This document shows, piece by piece, positions 37,582 through 49,701 of a DNA stretch of 64,000 nucleotides. The position numbers were made by a program, and so were the translations under genes. The stretch spans positions 20,336,001-20,400,000 of the forward strand of contig NC_073401.1 in the NCBI RefSeq assembly GCF_028641065.1, given 5' to 3'. Within the stretch, counting starts at the first letter, position 1. Each line of letters begins with the position of its first letter. The stretch is from Leucoraja erinacea. Taxonomy: Eukaryota. The notes beneath the pieces were generated by a model. That model had not been told where the DNA came from and did no database searches. It saw only the letters and a program-made list of their open reading frames with translations.

Positions 37582-40500
37582 AGGATGTGAATGTATAAAT
37601 TAGCTTGGATAAGGCATCTTGGTTAGCATGGACAAATGGGGCTGAAGGGCCTGTTTCCGTGCTGTGTGACTCTAGAAAGTATGGTAATATTGCAGCTTAC
37701 ACTAAATTGGATGGTATCATAGAGAATAGTTATCAAGAATTACAACAGGATCTTGGTCAGTTAGGTAAATGGGCCGTGGCATGACTAAATAAAGTTTAAT
37801 TCAGATAAGTGCAAGGTGTTAATTTTGGGAAGTCAATCCACACCAGGACTTTCACAATAAATAGTAGGGCCCTGTGAAGTTTTGTGAAGACTGAGGTGTA
37901 CGAGTACCTGGTCCCCTGAAAGTGGTGTCACAGGTGGAGAGTGGTGAAGAAGGCTTTGGCATTGAGTATATAAATTGGGACACCCTGTAGCAGTTGTACA
38001 AGACGTTGGTGAGGCTCCACTTGGAATATTGTGTTCAGTTTTGGTCACCATGCTATAAGAAAGATACCATTAAACTGGAAAGGTACAAAAATACAAACCT
38101 AGCTGGGAAAGCTAGGTTGAATACGTGAATACGTAGTCTGCAAGGAGGTATGGAGATAGGTTGCATGAGTGGGCAAAACTTTAGTAAATGGAATGTAATG
38201 TGGGGATTGTAAGGGTGTCCAATGCAGAAGAAAAAAAGCAAAGAGTAGAATATTCCTTCAAACCTGAGCAACTAGACAGAAATATCTTGTTGTCCCTGCA
38301 TTAGAAACACAGAACGTCAATGGGTAATTAAGAACCTAACGAGAACTGTTGTCTTCACGGCAAAGAGTATAATTTCAGGGTGTCTTGCTGCAACTGTACA
38401 ATGTATTGGTGACACCACACAGGAGGTACTGCATATAGCACTTGTCTCCTTACTTATGTTGGTCTATTTGCATTGGAGACGGTGCAGGGAAGGTTTAGTG
38501 TGATTCTCGGGTTAATGGGGTTGACATATGTTAAGATGTTGGCCAGGTTAGGTTAGGTTAACACATTGGAGTTTAGAATAATGGTAAGTAATCTTATTGA
38601 CACATCTAAGATTCTAAAAGGGTGGATGCTAGAAGACTGTTTCCTCTCATTACAAAATCTAGACCAAGGGACAGGATTGCAGAATAAAACATCACTGGGG
38701 TAAAATGGAGATGAGGAAGAGTTTTGTCCAGCGGGGAGTAATACGTTTTTACCTCAAAGGGCAGAATAAAAGTGGTTAATTGCCATATGTATCGACCGCA
38801 GGACAAGAACATTGTTACTTACAGCAGTGTAACAGGTCTGTGAACACAATATGCATAGCAAATAAATAATATTTATATATTTAATTAATAACCCTAGTAT
38901 GTGCAAAAATGCCTGAAATCCAAACTGCAACCAGACAGTCCATTGTTCATAGTTGAGGTCAGTGTTAAGAAGTGTTCAAGAACTTGTGTAAGAAGGAACT
39001 GCAGATGCTGGTTTAACCCAAAGATGGACACAAAATACTGGAGTAACTCAGCAGGAAAGGCAGCATCTCTGGAGGAATGGGTGACGTTTCAGGTTGAGAC
39101 CCTGTCCTGTTGAGTTACTTCAGCATTTTGTGTCTATCTTCAATGGAACTAGTGTGAGTGGGTGATCAATAGTTGGCATAGACTCGATGGGCCAAAGGGC
39201 CTCTTTCAATGCTGTTATCTTTCAATCAATCAGCTGAATGATTTGGATTCATATGACAACAGTATGGGGCACCATCTTGACTCCAGTGTCAGCTGCACTT
39301 TCCCCTTTGGCCCCTGGATGGCTCTAGACCCTCAGCAATAGAATCCAAAGCTTAAAAGGAAAAGGAAGCCAGATAGAGAACCCAACAGCCACCAACGAAC
39401 CCGATTCAGACACAGCAAAGTACGCTTGCCCCAATCCCCTCATGCGTACTCGCCCCCTGGCCTCGAATGTTTTTCCACCAACTATGAGAATTGCCCGACT
39501 GGCATCTAGTTCTCCTGCTTAGCCATTTTTACTCCAACAGCACATCACAAATCTGTGACCTTTTTCATCTAGGATAAGAGCAGCAGGCACCTGGGACCTA
39601 CACCACCAACATGTTCCCTTTACATACCATATAGAAATAAATCACTGGTCTTCATCGCCACTGTGGGAGCACCTTCAGAAAGACCACAGTTGTTCAAAAA
39701 AACAGCTCACCCCATTTACTCAAAGGCAACAAATGAATCAGACATTGCCTCTTGCCTCCCTTGAGCCATTCTCTCCTGGACTTTACTGGCATCATTTCCT
39801 CCGGAAATCTTCCTGTTGGGTTCGCCATCCTTAAGGGTCCCACACCACACAATCCCCTTCAACCTCCTGCCCAAGGTCCTAATGTATTTGTTATTTCAGC
39901 CTGCTCTTGCCCCACAGAATTTATTCTTTCCTGTCGTAGAAACAAGGAACCACAGATATTGGTTTACACAAAAGGACACAAAGAAACTCAGCAGGTCAGA
40001 CAGCCACACTTCATTCTTCAGAATTCTGCATTCTTCATAATGTTCATTTCTAGAATGGACATCCAATTTTTTTACAACTTATTCTCGCACCAGGATGTTT
40101 TTGTTTATTATGTTATTTCTTGAGTACTGTGTTTACAAACCTTTCATAGTTCAATTTCGGTACATATGACAATTAAACACTCTTGACTTGACTCTTGACT
40201 ATACTGCACTTGTGCATAAGGCAATAAAGATGACTTTATTTGACAGTTAGCCTTCACATTCAACAGATAATTCTACAAAAGCTTCCATCATCTTCAGTGG
40301 GATTCCACCACCAGACCTCTCTTCCCCCTTCAGCACAATGAAGAGATAATTCCTTTCATAATTTCCTGTTTGTGCCTTCCACGCATGATGGAGTAACTCA
40401 ACACAGGCAGACAGCATTTCTGGAGAACATGGATAGGTAGATAGACACAAAATGCTAAAGTAACTCAGCAGGACAGGCTGCATCTCTGGAGAAAAGGATG

Positions 40501-41111
40501 ATGTTCCAAGCCGAGACCTTTCTTCAAACTAGTCTGAAACGTCACCAATTCCTTTTCTCCAGACATGCGGTGTGTCACTCCAGCATTTTGTGTCTATCTT
40601 TGGTTTAAACCCGATCTGCAGTTCTTTCTTGCACACCTGAACATGGATAGTAGTTGGTTTAATAGGTCGGTATACCAATAAGTGGTATCAGTAGGGTAGT
40701 TACTTTAAAATTGGAAAATTCAGTGTTGAATATTTCTCCCTCCCACCCATCGATCAGTCAGAAGAAGGGCCCTGACCCAAAATACCACCTCTCCAAGGAT
40801 GTTTCCTGGCCTGTAGAGTTACTCCAACACTTTGTATCTTTCCTTGGAGCTGAACAAGTCCAGGCCGATCTCCTTTATTCCACAAATGCGGATCTTTGTT
40901 TTGTTTTATCTCTACTTCATATTGTTGCTCTTTCATTAATGATTTCCTTGACATCTTTAGTCTGCACACTTCACATTCGTTGCCTGTTCTCTCCAGCCCT
41001 GCCCCTCTCTGCAACTTCCCCGTCATCCCTATCTCAAACTACCACCTATTCCTGGTCCTCCCAATCCCAAACTACTCCCCGGCAATTCCTGGCCATCCGT
41101 TTGCCAAACTG

Positions 41112-42381
41112 GAGTTGATTATTAAAGATGTTAGAGCAGCGCATTTGGAAAGCAGTGACGGGATCGGTCAAAGTCACCATGGATTTATGAATGGGAAATC
41201 ATGCTCGACTAATCTTTTGGAATTTTTTGAGGATGTGACAAGTAGAATGGATATGGGAGAGCCAGTGGATGTGGTGTATCTGGACTTTCAAAAAGCCTTT
41301 GGCAAGGTCCCACACGAGATTTGTGTGCAAAATTAGAGCACATGGTATTGAATGTAGAGTATTGACATGGATAGAGAACTGGTTGGCAGACAGGAAGCAA
41401 AGAGTAGGAATTAAAACAGGTCCTTTTCAGAGTGGTAGGCAGTGACTAGTAGGGTCCCGCAAGGCTCGGTGCTGGGACCCCAGTTGTTTACAATATATTA
41501 ATGATTTAGATGAGGGAATTAAATGTAACATCTCTAAATTTGCGGATGACACAAACCTGGATGGCAGTGTAAGCTGCGAGGAGGATGCTATGAGGCTGCA
41601 GGGTGACTTGGTTGAGTGAGTGGGCAGAAGCATGGCAGATGCAGTATAATGTGGATAAATTGTAGGTTATCCACTTTGGTGGCAACAACAGGAAGGCAGA
41701 TTATTATCTGACAGGTGTCCATTTAGGAGAAGGGGAGATGCAACAAAACCTAGGTGTCACTGTGCTTGTACATCAGTCACTGAAAGTAAGCATGCAGTGA
41801 AGAAAGCTAATATTGGCTTTCATGCGAGGATTTAAGTCTTGGCTCAAGGAGGTCCTCCTGCAGTTGTACAGGGCCCTGGTGAGACCGCACCTGGAGTATT
41901 GTGTGCAAGTTTGGTCTCCTAAATTGAGGAAGAACATTATTGCAATTGAGGGAGTGCAGCGCAGGTTCACCAGGTTAATTTCTGGGATGGCGGGACTGAC
42001 TTCTGCTGAAAGAAAACTGGGCTTGTATTTACTAGAATTTAGAGGAAAGAGAGGGGATCTGAGAGAAACATATTAAATTCTTAGAGGATTGGACAGTGTA
42101 GATGCAGGAAAAATGTTCCTGATTCTGGGGAAGTCCAGACCCAGGTTAAGAATAAAGGGTAGGCCATTTAGGACCGAGATAAGGAAAAACTTTATCACCC
42201 AGTTGTGAATCAGTGAAATCCTCTGCTACAGAAGGGGCTGGATATTTTCAAGAGAATTTAATTTAGCTCTTAAGGCTATGGGAATCAATGGATATGGGGG
42301 GGAAAGCCGGATTTTGGTCGATCAGCCATGATTATATTGAATGGCCGAACGGTCTACTCCTGCACCTATTTTCAATGTTTC
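41112..42381 (+). mobile_element. CR1 LINE RT/3' fragment
   Basis: [48 protein letters not shown]. Confidence 0.92.
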
Positions 42382-42605
42382 TAACTGTAACCGGTATTTC
42401 CCAATCGTCTCCTTCCCAAATATACCACCCACCTGCGTGCAGCTGCTGTTTCCAGAGCTGGAAATCTGAGCAAACAGAAGCTGCTGGGAACACTCAACGG
42501 GTCTGGCAGCGTGTGCGGGGATGCGCTGCATTCGCTGCCACTGAAACCTCGCTCACTTTGCAACAGTTTCCTGACCCCGTTAAACGGCTCGCCATTTAAT
42601 CTCAC

Positions 42606-42819
42606 CTCCAAGTCCTTGACTCTGCTTCTCTGCGCCGGGCTCGGGTCTGAGCCTCCGACCTGGCCCGGAGAGACGGGGGCGAGGAAAGAGCCGGACCTGG
42701 CAGCGGCGTGGTGTGGTCTGAGCCAAAGATCCTATAGCAGCAGGATCTTAGGTCTGAGCTGCCTGTCCTGCCTCCCCCCGCTGCTGCCGGGAACGGGCGT
42801 TCTCCTCGACCAGCACAAT
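42606..42819 (-). other. PML-like B non-coding exon 1; 5' end approximate
   Basis: Paralogous to 62657-62840; GAG|gtgaga donor. Confidence 0.6.
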
Positions 42820-42839
42820 GAGAAACGAAAGTGAAAGTG
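42820..42839. promoter_or_regulatory. ISRE/IRF-binding element, PML-like B promoter
   Basis: GAGAAACGAAAGTGAAAGTG, containing the IRF-1 consensus GAAAGTGAAAGT. Confidence 0.75.
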
Positions 42840-43193
42840 CGGAGCAGCTTTATGGCATCGCCGGGGTACACTTCCTAAAATTGTGGGACTGCCCACAGCA
42901 GAGGGGAGGGGAAGTGGGACCCGCCCCCTATCGGTTGTGGCCGGGGATGTAGTTGCACCCTGTCCACACCAAAGATCCGCTATAGGATATTTGGTCCACA
43001 CCATATATAAAGCAAAGATTATAGAGCAGAGCTCCTCTAGTATATTTGGTAAAAAGTGAACCCAGGCTGCAGTTGCCTCATGCACACGCCATGCAAATAG
43101 TGAACCAACGCTGTAGTTGCACCATGCCATTGCAGGGCTGCCAACTCTCACGCATTTTACGAAATTTTCACGCTCTCACGCTGATGACAGAGG

Positions 43194-43322
43194 NNNNNNN
43201 NNNNNNNNNNNNNNNNNNNNNNNNNNNNNNNNNNNNNNNNNNNNNNNNNNNNNNNNNNNNNNNNNNNNNNNNNNNNNNNNNNNNNNNNNNNNNNNNNNNN
43301 NNNNNNNNNNNNNNNNNNNNNN
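43194..43322. other. Assembly gap (N run)
   Basis: 129 N characters. Confidence 1.
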
Positions 43323-43829
43323 CATTCATCAATGAGAATAGTTTTTTGTCGGCGGGTTCTCCGTAAAGAACGAGCTTAAGCCCATCGTACACTATTTAAA
43401 ATGGCAATGTAGACAAAAATGCTGGAGAAACTCAGCGGGTTGAGGCGGGTGTCTGAGTTTGAACCTCCCTCAGACTCAAGCATTTCTCCAGCATTTTTTC
43501 CTACCGCTCTATAGATGCTGCCTCACCCGCTTTCACATTCCCGTGCAGATGGTGTGATAGGTGGTCCCAGCACCGTGCCACCCCCCACCCCCCCACCCCC
43601 GAGGCACCACTCACACCTCCCACCCTCACCTCCGGCAGCTCTGTGTCTGGCGGCCACTCTGTCCACACCGTGTGGAGTTTTAACCCCGACCCGGAGCCAG
43701 GAGCGGAACAGGTGAGTGGGGACATCAGTGCCGCCTCCGAAGCCGCAGGAATGAATCCCGGGCTAAGGCTTCGCTCCGAAGCCCGACCCCCCCCGGGTCA
43801 CTGTTCCTCACCTCCCCCGGGTCACTGAC

Positions 43830-44581
43830 CACTTTTATCAGAATACAACATGGGTAGCCATACAATGCTTGCTGTCGACCGTCACCTATATCTAGGAGTT
43901 GAATTAAGCAAAGATTTAAGTTGGCGACTCATATTAATCAAGTATCTAACAAAGCAAATAGAACTCTCAGCCTTCTCAAAAGAAATGTTCACGCATGTAG
44001 TACATCCATCAAAGAGAATGCCTACAAGTCCTTGGTCAGGCCCAAATTGGAGTTTTGTGGAACCGTATGGGATCCTTTCAACAACAACAAGATCACCCTG
44101 TGGAAAGTACAATGCCGAGCAGCCCGCTCTGTATGCCATGACTACAAGCGCAAATCAAGAGTGAATAATATGTTGACTTCTCTCGGATGGGATACCCTAG
44201 AGCTCCGCAGAATCATGCTAAGACATATTGCAATTTACAAGGAGATTCGCAAAATCATGCCATCAAATCCCCCGTCATCCCAGACCACCAACTGCCATGA
44301 AACAAGACAAAATAACGGTCCCTACATCAACTCGCTACATTTCAATAAACTTTACTAGCAATATTCCCTTTACCCAAGACTGATAAGGGAATAGAAAAGG
44401 TTACCACCCAACACACGTGCTGCTCCCGATGTCAAGTCATTTAAAAAGGGGATTGAGGAACTAGATCTCTCCAACTTGGTCAAAAAGACTCACTTCAAAA
44501 TGTAACCACTACTCTACTCACTTCGACCTGCGCGAGATAACCACTGATGAGGTGTTTGCGCAGTAATCAACCAGAACCAGA
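43830..44581 (+). mobile_element. L2/CR1-group (Daphne/Crack-like) LINE 3' fragment
   Basis: YLGVELSKDLSW and ORF 43921..44358 KANRTLSLLKRN...AYKSLVRPKLEF...WDP...RAAR; 3' hairpin and (ACCAGA)n tail. Confidence 0.8.
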
Positions 44582-46883
44582 GGGTGATCCCATCCTCCAG
44601 CATCTGCCTAGACCCAACTCATTCCAACCCTCATGACCAAAGATCATAGAGCGTGCGGAGCAAGATACTCCACTCGGTGAAAAGGCCGTAGTACAGTAAT
44701 GGGTAATATTTTGCGCCATCTTAATTAACTCACGATTAACGTCCTGGAGTCTACATCTACAGCTCACTGACTGAATGATACAGACATCCTGACTGAAAAT
44801 CACAATCTTCCTATCAATTATTTTAGGATAAGCCTTTCTAAAAATGCTACATTTTGTTTTGCCTATTTTCAAAATATAGAATTTTGAACTTGGCGTTTGA
44901 TTGGTACAAGGAGACTCCAAAGATCGCATTATCTTTTTTTTTACACACAGTGACTTTCTACATTTCTACTTTTGGGTGTGTATGTGGCAATTGTGGCTGA
45001 TGGAATTTTCTCCTACACTACTAGTTATAGTCGTAACAACATTTAAATACGTGAAATTTTCGATTTTTCCGAACCCCTTAAAACATGTCTGAAGAAGGGA
45101 CCCAACCCTAAACATTGCATAGCCATTTCCTAGACACAGTGCTGGAGTAACTCAGTGGGTCAGGCAGCATCTCTGGAGAGAAGAAATAGGTGACATTTTG
45201 GGTCGAGACCCTTCATCGGACCCTCCATAGATCCAGCCTGACCTGCAGTGTTCTCCAGCATTTTATGTTTTGCTCTTAAAATAAATCTGTGGTCCGTTGA
45301 AGAAACTACAAGATAGACCACTCTGGAAGTGCAAGTTTTGCTGTACACTTCATACAGTAGAGCACATCATAATACGCCCTGATTGAATTAATGAGGTTTA
45401 TTATTTTTTTAATCTGTTGTCTAGAATTAATTGATGCCCACCCTATGTACCTTATATCAGCTTTATTGTATGAAACGTTTGTAATTATCCATAGTGTTTA
45501 TGGGTGTGTGTTTTCAATAGCTACTGTTTCCAACTCCGACCAGATGTCACATCAGTGATTGAAAACCAGGACGTAAATATGTGCATCATACATATTGTAA
45601 AAGAGAAACAATGCTTTGCCAGCATTGGTCTCAGCAAAGATCATTGAGCAGAGCACTCAGAGCGCAGCGCCACACCGTAGGAGAACAAAATATCCGGTCT
45701 ATGACCCTGACATTCCATACCCCTGATCACCCTATTCCCATTCAGCCCCACCAACCCCCCACCCCAATCCCATCCCAACCATCTCTGATGAAGGTACTGA
45801 CTTGTGCTAGGAACAGTCCCATCCCAACCATCTCTATCCTGTCCTCCCTCAGCTTTCCTGATCTGTTCCCTCACATCTACTCATTTTCAACCTTCCTCAC
45901 TCACCACCATGTTATGTAAGCTATCAAACCATTTATAATGAATTAATGACTAAATACTACCACTTCCTTGGTCAAGATTTGGTCCTTGTGCACACTAGGT
46001 CCTAGAGAGGGCCAAGTCAGGGAGGGCTCCATTTCCAGGCATTAACCGTCTTGCCAGGGGCAGAGGAATTGTGCAGGATACCTCGCTGGTGATTATATTT
46101 TGTCTGCATTCTTGTGTCTATGTTCACCCTCTCTAACTGGTTGCATTTACTCATCGATGAGATCACCTTCTTCTCTCCATGTCACCCTGGTTTTACCCTC
46201 TCACAGACATCACCTCTCCACACACTCCTTGCAGATTACCAAGCTTCTTTTGTCTGCTATACAGCTCTGATGAAGGATATTTGACCATCTATATTTTCCA
46301 TGTCCTGTCCCAGCCTGACCTGTTGAGTATTTCCAGCATTATCTAGGTTTGTACTGGATATTCACTTTGACCTATTCATTCCTCCCCCACCCCTTCCATG
46401 ATGGAAAACAACCTTGTTTTCTGTCTTTCCCATTTCCGACAATGGTCTCCAACCTGAACCGTTAACTGTCTTTCCAGAGGTGTTGTCTGACCTGCAGGTT
46501 TTACTTCAGATTTTCAGAATCTGCAGGATATTTTAATTTCACTGCCTGAAGCATAAGAATAGTCAGTGATCAAGTCATGATTATAAAATATTATTTATTC
46601 AAGACCATTTTCATTTCATATAGATAGAAAATACATTATTACGAATTACACGAGAGACTGCAGGTGCTGGAATCTTAAGCAGAAAACTGCTGGAGAAATT
46701 CAACTGTCAAGCAGCATCTGTGGTGGGAAGGTGATTCTGCCTGACCCGCTGAGTTTCTCCAGCAGCTTGTTTTTCTGTTTTAAGGGTAATTAGGTAAAAA
46801 TAGCTGCAGAGGGCAATTCAACTATAGGGAAGCGGATCATGCACATTGAATAGAATACACAGTCTCTGTTACTGAGTTATAAC

Positions 46884-48919
46884 TAGCCAGGACGTTTAGG
46901 CACTAAAAAACTTGCAAAAGCTGGCAAAAAGGCATAATAAAATTACAAAAAAGGCACAAAAAGGCATTTATTGTCAAAAAAGGCATGTATTTCCATCACC
47001 AAAATATGGTTACAAAAATTATAATATTACGGTATATTACATTAATTGACCAAAGTTGCCTGGTTGCATTTAATTACTAGCATTTTTTTCAAATTATCTG
47101 ATGTTAAACTATGCCGTCTGTCAGTCAGAATATGCTTCACTTGTAAAAAACTTATTTCTACCTCAGTTTGGGGTCACTGGTGCATACCCAAAACAAGCTA
47201 CAAGATATTACAAGCTCATGTCAATATCTTGTGCATAACAACTACCTTTGAGAACTTTAGCTATGTTTTGTATTCCTTCAAGATCTTTGTTAGCTAAAAT
47301 CACTCTCTCACATTTTCCTTGCATGTCTTTACCTACATCGGCAGGAATTTTACGAATATCGTTAGTTACTTTGTTGAAAAACCTGCAAGTTATTCACTAA
47401 TGTTTCGCCACATTTCTCAAGGGAATTGATAGTTTGTGGGAAATTTGCAAAATTGGAAGCAAATTGGAAGATCGCGGTGGAGGGACTTTTTCTGCATGAT
47501 TTCACTGACGATCCTGACTGGAGCACATTCTTCTTCCAAACAATTAACGATTGATTTTATCTTTTCAAAATTTGCAGCATAGTAGAGTACAGCAGAGAGC
47601 CATGTACCCCACTCTAATCAAAACGGGCTGATGAGTTAGCGGAATCTCAGGTGTCATTTCCTTGAACTGCAGTGCTTTGAGGAAGTTTTTCTTCCTCAAA
47701 TTGGAAACTAGGAGATCGACATTGGGAAACAAGCTACTTATGTACTTGGCAATTCTATGAAGTCTTTGAGCTAAGCATGTCAAATGCAACATTTTGGAGA
47801 ATCAAATTTTAAGAGCACAAGCAGCTTTTTTCATGTACAGAGCCGCATCGGTAACAAACAAGAACATTCTCATGTTTTATACCCTCTTGCCAAAGTACAG
47901 CAAGTGAAGATATAAACAACTGAGCAATAGTGGAGCTGTTTGACTTCTCCAATACTTCCAATGTCAACAAATACTTCTTTGATGGTTGACCTGCCTCCAG
48001 TGTACCGATGACCACATTGGCAACATATCTTCTCACAGCATCGGTTGTCTTGTCTATTGAGATCCATATTTTGTTGCATGCAACTTGAACTCTAATTTTC
48101 TGCACAACAATGTTGAAATTGCTATCAACATAATTTTTCCGTAATGATGACTCATTTGGTATAGGTTCCTGTGTATGTCTCTAAAAAACCTCTGAGAGAT
48201 TTATTTTCCAATTTCCACAGTGGAATTCCATCATCAATGAATGCCTTGAACAGATCACTCGAAAACTCAGATTTGTGACTGGAGCCAACAGTAAACGTAG
48301 TGAGGAGACAAGCTTGGGTATTTTGCTTGGGTAGTCTACACCCCAGTGGTATCAACATTGACTTCTCTATTTTAGATAGCCCTTGTCTTCTCCCTCCTCC
48401 CCCTCCCCCTCCCCCTTCCCAGCTCTCTTTCTAGTCCTACTGTAACCGCCGCTTCCTTTCAATAGACAAGACAACCGATCAGTCGGAAAAAGGGTCTTGA
48501 CCCAAAATGTCGCTTATTCCTTTTCTGCCTGACTCACCCGCTGAGTTTCTCCAGCATTTTTTTGTCTAACTTCAATTTTTCCAGCATCTGCAGTTCTTTC
48601 TTAAATAGATCTTGGAGAAAACAGACACAGCGGGCAGCGGCATGAACGAATGAACGACCGACGGTGGTGCCCCCAGTTTCGCCTAGTGGTGGAAATTTTC
48701 TTGTAAGTTATACTATGTTAACACGTTAATAAAAACATTAATATTAACGTGTTAACATAGAAAACTTCATTGTAATCACGGTACAACTAGAGTAAATAGC
48801 ACATCCTTTTAGCAAAACGGCAAAAAAAAGGCTGATTTAGGCACTCGATCGTGAAAAAGGCATTACCCTGGTGAAATCATCAAAAGGCACATGGCTTTTA
48901 TGGCAAAATCCTGGCTCTA
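46884..48919 (-). mobile_element. Degenerate hAT DNA transposon, CGGBP/DUF659-like transposase remnants
   Basis: 8-bp TSD GTTATAAC (46876-46883 and 48920-48927); ends TAG(AG)CCAGGA; fragments KIWISIDKTTDAVRRYVANVVIGTL, FSSDLFKAFIDDGIPLWKLENKSLRGFLETYTG and MLHLTCLAQRLHRIA. Confidence 0.85.
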
Positions 48920-48961
48920 GTTATAACAATCAACTTCAAAGGTTCAATACATCTGCGCTCT

Positions 48962-49701
48962 TCACTTGCTAAAAAACATCGAGAGCCTGATGTAACTGGG
49001 TTCCATGTGACCCAGAGACCGGAAGAAGTTCTTCAGCCCATCCTCCCCATCTTGATGATGCATTAATTGCAGCTTCTCGATGCTTACTCCTTGCATTGCA
49101 AGTTTATCAACTAACTGAGAGAAAATTATATTTTCTTTGAGTAGGGGCCGCAAAGACACTTGGCATTCAAGCTGGGAGAATGAAAACTGACTGCTCTTCT
49201 TTTGTTCTGGAGTAAATTCTAGGACAGAATACAGCTCCTGCAATCTCTTTGCGTCTTCCACAGCATTATGAGTGTTATAACCTTTCTTAAGAAACACTTT
49301 CACTAATTCAATTTGCCTATAACTATTGACCTCTGACCTGGGAACAACAACTTTAGCGAGCAAGAGAGTATCTAAGAATCCAGTTATACAACTGTCAAAC
49401 TGATCTTTCATGGAGAGCTCTTGCAGACCTCGTAAAAGAATAGGAGCATCAAACTTCCAGATGTTATCCCCTATCATCAGAGGTGAGGACAGAGACTGCA
49501 GGAAGTGGAGGAAAGCTTCCAAGGTGTCCTGAAGGCTGCTGGCCTGCTGAGGTTCCCCTCGAAGGTATAGGACCCCGTCCAAGACTTGAAATCCATTAAT
49601 GGCAAACGCACCTTCCGAGATGGTCTTACTAGGCAAGATGTACTTGTTAAAGATCTTCTCGCCACTCACTGCCGACAGCTGCACAATTTCACAATCGTTT
49701 T
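48962..49701 (-). CDS. PML: PML-like A terminal exon: DEDDh exonuclease domain
   Basis: ORF 48962..49684; Exo II GDNIWKFD, Exo III HNAVED, TGA stop. Confidence 0.92.

Larger units (their letters stand above)
31110..46270 (+). repeat. Segmental tandem duplication unit (copy B), paralogous to ~53836-64000+
   Basis: Collinear identity in exons, introns, shared old repeats and the upstream flank (45720-46270 vs 63090-64000), interrupted by copy-specific insertions. Confidence 0.92.
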
